Of a DNA stretch of 64,000 nt, positions 47,991 to 64,000 are shown piece by piece; position 1 is the first letter of the stretch; the number at the start of each line of letters is the position of its first letter. Under the pieces are notes generated by a model. It was not told the origin of the DNA and made no database searches. It saw only the letters and a program-made list of their open reading frames with translations. The stretch comes from Podarcis cretensis (lineage: Eukaryota), in assembly GCA_951804945.1 (NCBI GenBank), contig OX638156.1:50654001-50718000 (forward strand). Direction: 5' to 3'. The position numbers and the translations under genes were made by a program.

Positions 47991-49419
47991 TCTAATTCTG
48001 ATCTTTTGTGTTCCAATTTTCTAAGGATTTCATTAGAACCTGTTTCAAAGTGTTTCCCCCCCCCAACTTCTGTATTTCATGTTCCTTTAACAGGCGCTGC
48101 TTCCCATGATAATTAAAAGGAATCTCCATCATGCTATTTGGTTTGGCACTAGCATTCCAGGCGTTCTGGGGCAGGACAAAGGTGTTGCTAGTTGTTCTCC
48201 TATTGGGGCAGATTGTTCCTGTCACCACTGCTTTTCCTGTTACTTTTTTTAGCTGGTGGTACTGCTTGAACTTCAAATGTGTTGGAGGACATGCTGGCTT
48301 CTGTGAGTCCAAGAAGCGGTTGATTGTGTAGCGTGGATGGAACCAGACACAAGTGCAAAATGGGTTGTGGCTGTGCTTTCCCTCTGCCTCACCACCAAAA
48401 CTACACAGATCTTGAAAGTGGTTAGCTTTTTTTCCCATGAGCAGATTTTATCCCAGAGGGGCCCTCCTCTCTTATCTCAGCTGCTGGGAAAACTTCTTCC
48501 TGCGATACACACTTTGTCCTTCAAGCACCAGCTGCTACAAGCAAGCAAAGTTTGTGCTTTGGGAGAACTTTTGAGTAACAAGGAGACAAGAAGGATTTGC
48601 GCTGAAGTGGGTGGAATGGAATGCAGCCACACTCTGGGCAAAGAAAAGGGCAAACTAGTTAGGGCAGTTTTTCCCAACAAAGGGCTTTATTGGAAAGAGA
48701 TACTATTTAAATCAAACTGCAGTCTTGGGACTTAAAATGCAGTATGTGTGAGTTGCAGTAATGAAAGTGTGACCTGCTTACCCTCTAGTATAGCAGATTT
48801 GTTTGCTCTGTGCTTTTTGCTGTTGGGTAACCTGCCTTCGTCTGAGACGGAATAGATATGACCATTTCCTGTTGCCTTTTAGCATAAAGGCATCAGAAGA
48901 GCCCTGCAGCAGCTGAATAATCTGGTCAAATAGGGACCCATCTAGTCCAGCACCTGGTTTTCAAAGTGGCCAGCCAAATGCCCCAACAGGAAACCTGCAG
49001 CAAAGAGTACCAGTGTGGTGGTTGAATTAGCCAGAATGTCAGGCTGAGGGACTGGTTCCAGCCAGGTTCAAAGCATTGAGCAGGAAAACTCCCTGGGTCA
49101 GCCTGGTCCAGGCAGCCTCTCAACCTCACAGGGTGGTGGTTATGAAAAAGATGGTGTTGGAGGAACCAGGTATGCCACCTGGAGATCTTAGGAGGAAAGG
49201 TGAGGAATCAATGTTCTGTCTGCCCCTCGGCTGCCTCACCTGTACAGGGCCTAGTGCTCTGCTGCTCAACTGCTGCAAGAGGCTTGTGCTTGAAGGAACA
49301 CTTTACCACAGCCTCCCCTAGCCTCCAGATCTCTTGGACTACAGGTTACATCAGCACAACCATCTGAGACTAGGGCTGATGGGAATTGCAGTCCAAGAAG
49401 TCTGGCAAGCAGCAGGTAG

Positions 49420-53370
<3,951 letters not shown>

Positions 53371-54237
53371 GGCTGCTTCAGAAGGCTATTTATGCCAGGC
53401 TGAAAAGCCAAATTGCTCTCTCCTTGCCACCCTCTTAACACCCAACTGACTAAATACCTGCAAGCAGCAAAGGAGAGCAAGGGCACGTCCACCTGTTGGT
53501 GCGGCTTCTTTTTTGGTGGGGGGAGGGGTGTTGGCTGAAAAATCCAAGTATTCCTCCAGAGGAGCCACAGCGGGTTGGTTGACTTGAAATGAAAACTGCC
53601 CCAAGTTAAAATAAAATGACTCAAAATACGGGAGTCCTGCTGCAACCACAGCATAGGTATGTGAGATTTTTACATTGAGCAAGAGGTACATTAAGGGCAT
53701 AGTTAGTAAATGGGGGTGCGCATGCAGGCACACATGATCTCCACCACCACCAAACACAAGATTCCTTCCTCTTCCTTTAGAGGCAGACAGCTTGGAAGCA
53801 AAGGCAGCTACAGCAGGGAAGGTGGGAGGAAAAGAGAACTTCTAGCTTTTGGTTCTCCATGGCTTTGTGAAACACCTCTGGTTCCCCAGCCCCAAAGCCC
53901 AGGGCAAAATAAAAGAGGCTGTAATGTAACCAGTTCCCTGAACATCAGATGAATCAAGACAATGAAAGGATAAAAATGAAATAGCTTTACTGTGTCAGAA
54001 TTGTAGCTGTGTCCCTAGAACTGCCAGGCCTACAGCTACATCCCAAAGTTTTGTGACTCATCTACAGTCTCACTGTGGCCATCAGAAGGTAGATAGATAT
54101 TTTGCTGGCAGTTTAACAACCTACACAGTTGTGCCTTCCACAGTCTGCATGAAAAGGGGCACAGGCTGGTTGAAAGCCTGCAGCTTCTATCTGAGGAGGG
54201 TGGGAAAGTCAGTCTTTGGGGCTTTCTGCCCTGCCAT

Positions 54238-57069
54238 TTATGTCAGCGTCTCTTCATGCCGTATGTATTCTCCAATATCCGCTTGGTGAAAAACCACGAT
54301 CGCCATGGGGTCCACTTTCCGGCACTCCTGGGTGGACTTGGCTGCCACTCCAAAGCCCTAAGAAGGTCAATTGGAACAAGGAAGGCATTAAGACCTTGGA
54401 GGGGCATTGTCTTAACTTCAAATTCACTCAGGTCCAACCATCCAACCCACCCACCCACCCACCTACCCACTAAGTGTCACTCACCAGGGGGACGTCAGCC
54501 ATGGAATATACCACCACACCCTGGTACTGGGCAGTGCTCTCTGTGATGCGCCCCAAGCCAGACTTCAGTATGTGGTTCCCATAAAGGAAGGACTGCTCTG
54601 CCCCAGGCTTCACCCACACTTTGTACTGCATGAGAAAAAAAATGAGAGATATCCTCTTTGAGTTACATTAAATGTACCACTACACCTGTTCCCTTTCTTG
54701 TCCTCCTTAGATTAGCACAAGGAAAAAAAATACCCTCCTTCCCAATAAACAGCTAGCAGGTCCCCACCCCACACAGCACTACAGGTGTTTTGACATTTTT
54801 GGTAGGCTAGGTAAAGATAAAGGGACCCCTGACGGTTAGGTCCAATTGCAGACGACTCTGGGGTTGCAGTACTCATCTCGCTTTATTGGCCGAGGGAGCC
54901 GGCGTACAGCTTCCGGGTCATGTGGTCAGCATGACTAAGCCACTTCTGGCGAAACCAGAGCAGCGCATGGAAACGCCATTTACAGTAGTGCCTCGCAAGA
55001 CGAAATTAATCCGTTCCGCGAGTCTCTTCGTCTAGCGGTTTCTTCGTCTTGCGAAGCAAGCCCATTGACGGCTTAGCGCTATTAGCGGCTTTGCGGATAA
55101 GCAGATAAGCGGCTTAGAAAAAGGGGGGGAAGGGAAAAAAACCCGCAGGAACTCGCAAGACATTTTCGTCTTGCGAAGCAAGCCCATAGGAAATTTGTTC
55201 TGCGAAGCACCTCCAAAACGGAAAACCCTTTCGTCTAGCGGGTTTTCCGTCTTGCGAGGTATTCGTCTTGCGGGGCACCACTGTACCTTCCCACCAGAGC
55301 GGTACCTATTTTGGTAGGATAGTGCCCCTCAAATAAATGGTCCTCTGTGCCATCTTTACCTTGGCGTAGGGAGCAAGGTAATCGAGGGCAGTGATGTGTA
55401 GTCGGAACTTCTGGCTCTTGGTGAACTTTCCAAAGCAGGTGCCGAGAGACACCAGATTCTCCCGGGGGATGTTTGTAGCAAGCTTCAGAATCTTCTCACT
55501 AAGAAACAGAAAGCAAAGACTTATCATTAGGACTCTGTGTCTCCAGATTCAGAAGCTCCGAAGTCATCATAAGAGCATCACTGAAACATGCTGTGGCCTG
55601 AGGCACACTCCAAGTACCTGCAGCCAGTATTGTGGCTTTTTGGTCATATGCTTCCATAGGGGAGATGGGAAGCTTTAAAGTACCTAAACCAAATCAGGGA
55701 TACTGATGATGGAAAAGGCAGGTTTGGGGATTTAATCCAAGCAACCCTAAAACAAGCAAGACCTCGTAGCCACTCCTCGTCCCCAAATACAATGTGTTGC
55801 ACTTGTGCTGGAAGTGATAAAATGTGCCAAAAGCTGGATCAGACAAGACGGGAGCTCAGAGTTAAATTATGAGACCAAGTCCCTCCTCTCTGTCCTTCAT
55901 TTGCATATGAAAGACTGTCCATGAGTACAGCTTCCCTTAGTTCAGTTCTGCTCCTTTTACATCTTTTGCTCTTCTGCTGCTAAAAACACAAGGGAAACAA
56001 GATCTCTTTCCCAGCACCTTGCAGCTCTGTAGTGAGAACAAGCAGCATCTTACAAAAGAAAACAGGCACTTTCCCCCATAGATGCCTCTACTCTTCTCCC
56101 CACCCACAGAGACGTGGGTACATTCTGGAAGAGGAAGAGAGCCTTACACATGTTCAAAGATCCATCCTTTTATTTTTACTTAATGTGTGTTATGGATGAA
56201 GGTGTTAACATTAATAACATGCCCCAGGGTGTATGTAGGGCCTCCTCACCTGAGGTAATAGACTCGGTCCTTGTGCAGGCGGAAGCAGTAGGCACCATCT
56301 GGCCGGTCAACCAGGAGCTGGATGTTCTCACCAATACTTAAAAAGGTTGGAACAAAGAGACACACTGTCAGCCAATCCCCACAAAACATGAGAACAGCCC
56401 TCTTATGCTAGATTTGACCAAATGCCCAATTAGTTCAGCCTCCTCCTCCTGGCAAAAGCAAGTCAAATGCCTGCAGGGAGCCAGCAAGCAGGGGTGGAGA
56501 ACAGCAGCCATTTCTAAGACATACTACCTCTGTATATGAAGACTTCAATTTTAAACTATTGTACTGACTTCCCTATAACCCCTGTAATTATTTTTCTGCA
56601 TTAAACACGACCCATCTAGTTCTCCTGCTGTTGTCCCCCTGCTAGCGGTATTCCGTGGCAAGAAGATTAAGAAGAGCTATTCCACACTGGTACAGTCTGT
56701 CTGAGAAGGTGGGTGCCCCCTTCCTCACAGCAGAGCATTGGTTGCTGCCTGCCTATAATGTTGTGAGTCTCTACATCCATTGGGGTGAGCTAGAGGACCT
56801 TTGCGGCATCTTCCACCGCTATGGTTCAATGACGCTTCCATTTTACTTTCTGGGCCAACAGCAAGAGACAGACTTCCCCTCCTTCACTGATTTCTCTAAT
56901 TCCCTCTGGAAGTCCATTGGGTGGGGATCCGCATATCTTGTGTCAGTGAGTTCCATGGGTTAATCATAAAGCCTAATGAACCCAGAGAACACAAGTGCCG
57001 CCACCCCGCTTACTATTTGGAGAGTTTCTCGAAGAGCGCGCGCGTTTCTTCCTCCGTGAGGGGCCGCAT
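54238..57069 (-). CDS. NIP7: 60S ribosome subunit biogenesis protein NIP7; 5 exons, 180 aa
   Basis: Exons 57014-57069, 56250-56336, 55360-55498, 54485-54625, 54238-54357 = 543 nt; [50 protein letters not shown]. Confidence 0.98.
54810..55311 (+). mobile_element. Sauria SINE, interrupted by a MITE
   Basis: AAAGGGACCCCTGAC...GCTTCCGGGTCATGTGG..AGCATGACT...GGAAACGCCATTTA, resuming after the MITE as CCTTCCCACCAGAGCGGTACCTATTT; orientation is given as read. Confidence 0.85.
54983..55283. mobile_element. Tigger/pogo-like MITE (third family) nested in Sauria SINE
   Basis: TIR CAGTAGTGCCTCGCAAGACGAA / TTCGTCTTGCGGGGCACCACTG with TA duplication; CpG-rich, so probably young. Confidence 0.9.
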
Positions 57070-57386
57070 CGCACCTCCCGAGACAGACGCCGGAGACCCG
57101 CGTGGTTCCAATTCAGGGAAGCCTCGGATCAAAGACGCGAAGCGGAAGTTGCAACACCAAACTAAGTTCGGGTGTCCTACACTCATAGGCTCCCCTCTCT
57201 AGGCTGACACCCAGAAATATGTCTATGGTCACAATAGAGTGCAAGTGTCGGAGCGTCGTTGCGTGACCTCCCGGCACGTCATACGAACACAGAGGTTTCG
57301 GGCAGAGCGGCACCCGGATCTGCCACGGAGGACTAGCCTCCGGTTGCCATAGCGATCACTTCCTGGTCCACGTCGAGGGAGGCCCG
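57070..57386. promoter_or_regulatory. NIP7/COG8 bidirectional promoter
   Basis: 317 bp between divergent ATGs; CpG-rich; ETS motifs CGGAAGT and CACTTCCT; GTTGCCATAGCGA X-box-like site. Confidence 0.85.
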
Positions 57387-60300
57387 ATGGCGGCCCCGGA
57401 GCCTTCGGCGGACCTAGAGGAAGCGAGCCTGCTGGCATGGCTGTTCCGCGGGGCGACCTCGCCGCTGCCTCCTCCCCTGGCGGCGGGGGACGCGGAGCTG
57501 GCGGCCTACCTGTCGGCGCTGGCGGGGCTGGGCCTGGAGGCCTTGCGGAGGGAACCCGGCCGGTTAGCGGAGGAACGAGCGCAGCTCGGGGCGCAGACGC
57601 GGGCCTTGGCCTTCGCCCACTATAAGACCTTCATCCGCTCCGCCGAATGCACCGCTGAGACGCGTCGCGGCTTCGGTGGCATCGAGCAGGGCCTCGACCG
57701 CCTCTTGGGCCGCCTCCCACCCTTCGCCGAGGCCTGCCGGTGAGCAGGAGGAGTTGGAGGCCAAGGCTGCCGCCACACTCCTTTTGGGGGCAGGAATAAT
57801 TCTGGGGCGCCCCACTGTTATGTTGTAAATAAAAATATGCCCTTTTCCCTTATGGGGTATCCAAGAGCCCTTATAGAGTCCTTACATAGGTTCCCTATTG
57901 GTAGGAGAAAATAACAGAGGCCAACCAGAGAATATTGAGAAGCAAAGCAGCTAGTAAGCTTGATCTTTATTGATCTGTTGCAACGGGGTACTCCCCTCAC
58001 ACTCAGGAGAGGAGGTCGGAGGACCCTGTTGCAACAGATCAATAAAGATCAAGCTTACTAGCTGCTTTGCTTCTCAATATTCTCTGGTTGGCCTCTGTTA
58101 TTTTCTCCTACCAATAGGGAACCTATGTAAGGACTCTATATGGGCTCTTGGATACCCCATAAGGGAAAAGGGCATATTTTTATTTATAACAGTTAACTTA
58201 TGGAACTCACTGCCATTGGAATGGGTGGGTTAGAGGGGGCTTCCCCCTTTGCTTTTCCTGGCCTAACCTGCTTTCTTCTTCTTTTGCTCCTGCCTCCAGG
58301 AACTTCATGCAGGAGGCTGAACAGATTGCTCAGAACCGCCGTATGAACAGCCTGACTCTGAACCTCCACACAGAGATCCTGGAAGTGCTGGAGATCCCCC
58401 AGCTGATGGACACCTGCGTCCGCAACAGTTACTACGAGGAGGCCCTGGAGCTGGTGTCCTATGTCCGCCGCCTGGAGAAGAAGCATGCCACCATCCCTGT
58501 CATCCAGGTGCAGACATGTTCTGAGCCTGGCAGGTGCCAGAGCTGCCTTAAGCCATACGGTGATAGTAGGTCCCAACTATTTGCTACTAGAGTTTCAGGA
58601 CTTGAGCAAAAGCTTAGCAAAGAAAGGCATCTCCAACCTTTTGCATTTGTTTTCTCTGCCATGGCTCACAGAGGCAGAGGTGGTGTGGCTTCTGTGCTGG
58701 TTTCCTAAGTTTGATCCAGGTGATACCCAAGGCCCACAATCCTGGACCATCATGAGCTGTCATGTTCTGTTTGTAGAAGCCAGAATATTTCTGGATCTGA
58801 GGCTTCTTCTCTTGTTGCCTTTTTTCTTGACTAAGTGCTTATGTTGCTTATTGCAGCCAGGGTTTGTGCATGTGCTGTAGGGATCTGTTTCTTTGACTTT
58901 CAACAAGAGCAGGATACAAGCCACTGATCTCTTTAAGTGCAATCTGTAAAGCAGGGATAGATAGAAGGTAGACCACACCCCATCACTGACTAACGACTCT
59001 TGGCTAATGTCTAATTTGCTAGTTGCAGGGATTCTTGTACAGAAAGCTGAGATGAGGCAGGCCCTGTTCTGATCCAATAAAGCCCTTCTTCCATCTGCAA
59101 AGAAGAATGCATTGCTAAGGTCACAGCACTTTATTTATTTACCATGTTTATATCCCACTCTTCCTCCTAAAGGAACTCAGGATGACAGCAAGTTATGCCT
59201 CTTTAAAAGTTCCCAAAAGTACACATCATTATAAAATGCAGTTACCTCATACCAGGTTTGACTTCACTAAGCCCATTATTGTCTACTCTGGCAGCCAGAG
59301 TGTATCTACTATATCAAGCAGGTATATCTACCACTGACCTGTAGACCCTCTCCATAAGTGATCACATGGATGATCCATAAGAACTGTAGTGAAAATAAAA
59401 TAGTTTGTGCAGTATTGAGATCAGCATGGTTTGGGAACCATGGGTAACAGAAGTTGATTTTGTCTCTCTTCTCCTTCCCAGGGCATAGTGGCAGAGGTGC
59501 GCCAGTCCACACAGCTCATGCTTACGCAGCTGATCCAGCAGCTTCGCACCAACATTCAGCTGCCAGCCTGCTTGCGCATCATTGGCTACCTTCGCTGCAT
59601 GGATGTCTTCACTGAGGCTGAGCTACGAATTACTTTCCTGCAGGCACGGGACATCTGGCTACGTTCTATCCTTGCTGCTGTTCCTGGTGACGACCCCTAT
59701 GTGCATATTACCAAGACCATCGAGGCCTGCCGCGTGCACCTCTTTGACATTGTCACGCAGTACCGTGCCATTTTTGCTGACGAGGAGCCGCTGGTGCCTC
59801 CCCCTGGGCAGGACACCCTCAATGAAAGTGCCATCTTCCATGGGTGGGTCCTGCAGAAGGTCTCCCAGTTCCTGCTGGTGCTTGAGCATGACTTGCAGCG
59901 TGGTGTGGGCAGCCGCCTGGACTCCCTGCTGGGCCAGTGCATGTACTTTGGCCTCTCATTCAGCCGTGTTGGAGCAGACTTCCGGGGCCTGCTCATCCCC
60001 ATATTTCAGCGGGTGGCACTGGTCACCTTCAAGAGAGCCATGCAGGAAGCTGTGAACAAATTCCAGGAGGAGATGAACTCCTACACGCTAATCTCTGTGC
60101 CGACTGCCTTGGGCAGCAGCAGCAGCACCATCCCTGTAGCAGTGGCTCCTTCTGCCCAGCCAGGCACCCTGCAGCCCCCCATGGTGCTGCTAGATTTTCC
60201 ACCACTCGCCTGCTTCCTCAACAACATCCTGGTAGCCTTCAACGACCTGCGCCTCTGCTGCCCTGTGGCTCTTGCCCCAGACGTGGCGGCTACCCTGGAG

Positions 60301-61721
60301 GATGCACTTGGCCAGGTGGGGCTCTCTGTTGCTCATGTGCACCAAGAGGCTGGATTAAAAATGCTCCAGATGTCTAGGTGACAGGACAGAAATTGGCTAG
60401 CAGCAGAGTTTTAGCTGCTTGCAGCCTTATCTTTAGTCATACTCCTTGGAGTTTCCTAGCCCTTTTCAGCAACTTGGCAGGTCATGTTTGTGAGTTTATG
60501 CTTGTTCCCTCTCATGTTGCTGCTGTCTGTTTGTTCAGGGATGAGCCTCTGCCTTATTTCAAGAAGCCCTTTGCAAGCAACCAGTTCAGGCATCTGACAA
60601 CAGCAATCAGTCCCTGCTTTGGGTGGGCTGGGAGAGAGAGAGAGAGAGAGGAAGGAGAAAGTGGTTTACCTCACTTGTTTTTGCTACTGAACTTGCTCAC
60701 CACTAACTCTAACCACCCATAGTCAGCAAATGGCCCCTGCTGGATTGCCTGCCAGGAGACTGTGGCACTTGAGAGATCAAAGGTTCTCAGTCCCTGCTCT
60801 ATAAGGTAGTATGTGACATCTTTTCACTCAGCTTCTGGGTGTGTCCCAGACCGATTAGCTGGGCTTTTATTTTGACCATTTTATGAGGCTAGCATGCTGA
60901 GTAGTACTGCAGTCCCTTCCTTCCATTTGGACACCAAACCAAGAAATTCTAGCTTCTCTTTTTCTCTTTGCAGGTGACAAAGGTCATTTTGGTTTTCCAC
61001 CGGGCAGAGGCTGTGGCCTTCAGCAGCCGAGAGCAAGAGCTGTTCATTCACTTCTGCATGGCATTTCTGGAAGACTTGGTGCCCTACCTCAACCGTTGTC
61101 TGCAGCTCCTCTTTCCCCCAGCACAAATTGCACAGACTTTGGGTATGGCTGCTTGAATACTTTTGGTGGGGAAGGAGCTTGCAGCTGAGCCCTGGCCTGT
61201 GGTGGATGAGTGGCTTCTGCTTGTGACTTTGTGAACAGCACATTGGTGGGGTGGGGTTGCTTGGTGGTGGTCCTTGTAGGCCTGCAAGTCATTGAAATCT
61301 GTGCTCAACAGCTCAGGCTACTGCCAGGGGAAGGGAGAGAGAGAGAATTGGCAGTAGTACAAGGAATGTTCTCTAGCTTAGGGTTGATGTAAGATTTTAA
61401 CTTCTCATTTTAATATATTTTCTTTTTTTACTTCTAGGTGTTCCCCCAACACAGCTGCACAAATATGGCAGTCTTGGCTGTGTGGATGAGCAGCTGATTC
61501 AGGAGCTCCTGGCCTCAGTCCTGCCAGAGAAAGAGACTGTCTATCCCTTGTCTGAGGAGAAAAGGCTGACTGAAGAAAGCCTAGCACCTCCTCCATTGGA
61601 CTTGGAACTCCCTGACGCCATGCAGGAAGCAGATCCCAGTTCCCCAGTCCCTGTTCTGGAAGCAGAAGAGAGCAGTGCAGCTTCTGGTGATGCCTTGCTG
61701 CTGAGTGCTCCTCTAGAATAG
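57387..61721 (+). CDS. COG8: Conserved oligomeric Golgi complex subunit 8; 5 exons
   Basis: Exons 57387-57739, 58300-58507, 59482-60315, 60974-61142, 61438-61721; motifs LAFAHYKTFIRSAEC, EIPQLMDTCVRNSYYEEALEL, GQCMYFGLSFSRVGADFRG; AATAAA at 62150-62155. Confidence 0.98.
57821..58191. mobile_element. Foldback (near-perfect palindromic) insertion with TGT...ACA termini and 4-bp TSD
   Basis: 174-bp arms (57821-57994, 58018-58191) with 4 mismatches and a 23-nt spacer; GTTA directly repeated on both flanks. Confidence 0.85.
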
Positions 61722-62383
61722 TTTTCACTGGATTTTGCCTGTTTTCCGGGGTTCCATGATACTTGAACCTGACTGAGGAGAGACTCATTCCTGCCATGGG
61801 CAGGCACAGCTCTTGGTTTTGGGTTCTACTTCAGCACTTCAAGGACAGACTGAGTTGAGCTTTCATTGCTCTGGTGGGAAGGAAGTTGGGTGTGGACACT
61901 GGGAGAAAGGAATTTTGGTGAAGGTGGATCAGGGTTTGAATAAACTTGATTGCTTGTTTGGTTCTCTGTGTTGTACCTCACTATGCTGTACTGTGAAGAG
62001 AGTGGGCCCCTGAATCTTCTCTCCCGAGGCTAGTTGCTTTAGGTATCAGTCAGTACCAGTTTTTTCTGGGCCTTCCCATTCACCAAAAATGCTCGCGTGT
62101 CATCCTTATCTTCCTCTCCTCTGGAATTGCCTGATGCCTTAAGCTGCAGAATAAAATGTGTGTCTGCCAGTTTTCCCTTGATGTCTCAGACTAGGTATGA
62201 ATTTCTTCTTTGGTAAGTCCAACTTGCTGAGTGTGGGAATCCCACTGTTCTTACCAACTGCTTTGGGTTGTAGCTGGCCCTTCAGAAGAGGGTAATTACT
62301 TTAGTTGGTGCTACAGGAAGAGGAAACCTGCTAGCCAAGACCAAGATCATCTGCAGCTGAAGCCCAAGAAATGAGGTTTTTTT

Positions 62384-62398
62384 AATAATAATAATAAC

Positions 62399-62444
<46 letters not shown>

Positions 62445-62640
62445 TTTATTTATACACTGCCCATCTGGCTGGGTTTCCCCAGCCACTCTGGGCAGCTTAT
62501 AGCATATATAAAACATAGTAAAACATCAAACATTAAAAACTTCCCAATACAGGGCTGCTTTCAGATGTCTTCTAAAAGTTCTGTAGTTCTTTTATCTCCT
62601 TGGCATTTGAAGGGAGGGCATTCCACAGGGAGGAGAAGAG
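62384..62640 (-). mobile_element. (AAT)n microsatellite tail plus LINE 3'-end fragment (L2-like)
   Basis: About 19 AAT units then GCCCATCTGGCTGGGTTTCCCCAGCCACTCTGGGC, also seen at about 37940-38050; related tails at about 38230-38300 and 38930-39000. Confidence 0.65.
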
Positions 62641-63179
62641 TTTAGATCCTGGTTTGTCTGAGCTTTAGTAGATGAGAAATAAACAAATTTAATACAACAG
62701 CTCCATCACCAGGGCAAGTTAAAATGGCCCAGGACAGCAAGTGAGTGAGATTTTGAATGCTTCAAAATCCTCCCTTTTTTGGGGGGGGGAAATATTAAGC
62801 AAAGTGGACAGGAGGCAGGGAGAGAAGGGTAGACTGTGGAGTCCTAAAAAGGTAGCAGGTAAGTGTGAGGGAGTCTTAATTGGATTAAGTCTCTGCATAG
62901 AAAAGGATAGAACATTTTTTGTCTAGAGAGGTTGGAAGGATTTCCCCCCCTAGCAGGTAGTTGAGGGGTGCATGTGTGGAAATGCAGCAAGTATTCAGGA
63001 CCAAAACTTGCTGGTGTTGACTTTAGCAGCAGGGCTGAGGTAAAGCAGATGAGCCTGAGGCAGCTGCATCGCTACCAGTGATATGATGGGGAAAACCTGT
63101 CACTTCAAGAGGGATCTTATTCTCCCCTTTGCTACACAACCGCTTCCTCTTGTGGAAAAAGCTGACCTAAAGCGTCTGC

Positions 63180-63335
63180 AGGGACCCCGCCTGCCACGGA
63201 GTGGTGCCGTTCTTTGTTTTGAGAACTACATTTCCCAGCATCCACGAGCACTTCCGGTTTCCTCGCTTCGCGTGGTTTGTCAAGACAGGAAGTTGGGCAG
63301 CCCCATTGAAACTTGAGACTTGGAGTCAGGTAGGG
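63180..63335 (+). promoter_or_regulatory. Housekeeping-type promoter and probable non-coding first exon of the next gene (PDF expected by synteny)
   Basis: ACTACATTTCCCAGCA (ZNF143-associated) 63225-63240; ETS sites CACTTCCGG and CAGGAAGT; local CpGs; CAG|GTAGGG donor at 63330. No coding sequence is visible in the window. Confidence 0.6.
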
Positions 63336-64000
63336 CTGAGGTCCTGGTTGCGGGTGGGGGACCCACATTTTGAAACCCTCCTCGATGTTAAAATAAATTA
63401 GAAGGAGCCTCCCTGCAAGTAGAAGCCCAGCAGCAGAGTTTCGGCCTTTTGCTGGTCAAGAGTGCATTGGGAGAGCTGAGTTCAAGTCCTCCGCTCATTC
63501 CCATGATGCTCACCGGATGACCTTGGACCCTTCATTCTCCCGCAGCATATCCCTACCTCACCGGGTTATTGGGAGAATTAAAATATCGGTGGGAAGGAAC
63601 CATGTGAGCTGCTTGGAGGGAAATAAATAGATGATAATATATACAAGAGAGGTATCCAAAATTTAATTGGAAGGGGTACAGAACATTCCGCCTCCTAATT
63701 TTGCTGCTGCAAATGTGGGCTGAGAGTTTTGGCAGAATCTTAGAACCTTTCTGTATTGCTTTTGCAGAGAAGCCTGCTTTTTCCATCTCTGCAGAGTCAC
63801 AGAAAAATGCCATACAGAGTAGACCGATCCTTTGTCCATCTAGCTCAGTACTGGCTATGCTGATGGGCAGTAGCTCTCCAGGGTTTCCTATCGGGTCTCT
63901 GTGTGTCTCTTCCAGCCCTTATTTGGAGACGCTGCTGGGTGGTGAACCTGGGACCATGCAGAAGCCAAGCGGATGCTCTGCCTGAGCTCCAGCCTCCAGC

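Noticed and set aside
57818-58233. Two near-identical ORFs on opposite strands (MICCN...)
   Set aside because: A consequence of the palindrome; non-ATG starts and no protein-like features.

Overview
Gene-dense vertebrate genomic DNA, almost certainly from a squamate reptile and probably a lacertid lizard (inferred from a Sauria SINE, Squam3-like SINEs and lizard-type hAT/Tigger MITEs). Seven spliced genes can be followed: PMFBP1 (+, 5' end uncertain), DHX38/PRP16 (-), DHODH (-), TERF2 (+), TMED6 (+), NIP7 (-) and COG8 (+), followed by a promoter and probable non-coding first exon where PDF is expected. The window joins two blocks that are megabases apart on human 16q22, placing DHODH and TERF2 head-to-head; no TXNL4B or haptoglobin is visible between DHODH and DHX38. 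Most notable: (1) a remodelled TERF2 in which intron 2 is lost together with 12 nt of the TRFH peptide-docking loop, the F120-equivalent residue is Ile, and the basic N-terminal domain is nearly absent; (2) a 371-bp near-perfect foldback element with TGT...ACA ends and a 4-bp target duplication in COG8 intron 1; (3) a much longer PMFBP1 built from heptad-multiple (21n nt) phase-0 exons, one of which carries an apparent 4-nt frameshift. I cannot support a wholly new biological system; these are the best leads. All comparisons to human proteins and exon sizes are from memory, not from a database search.
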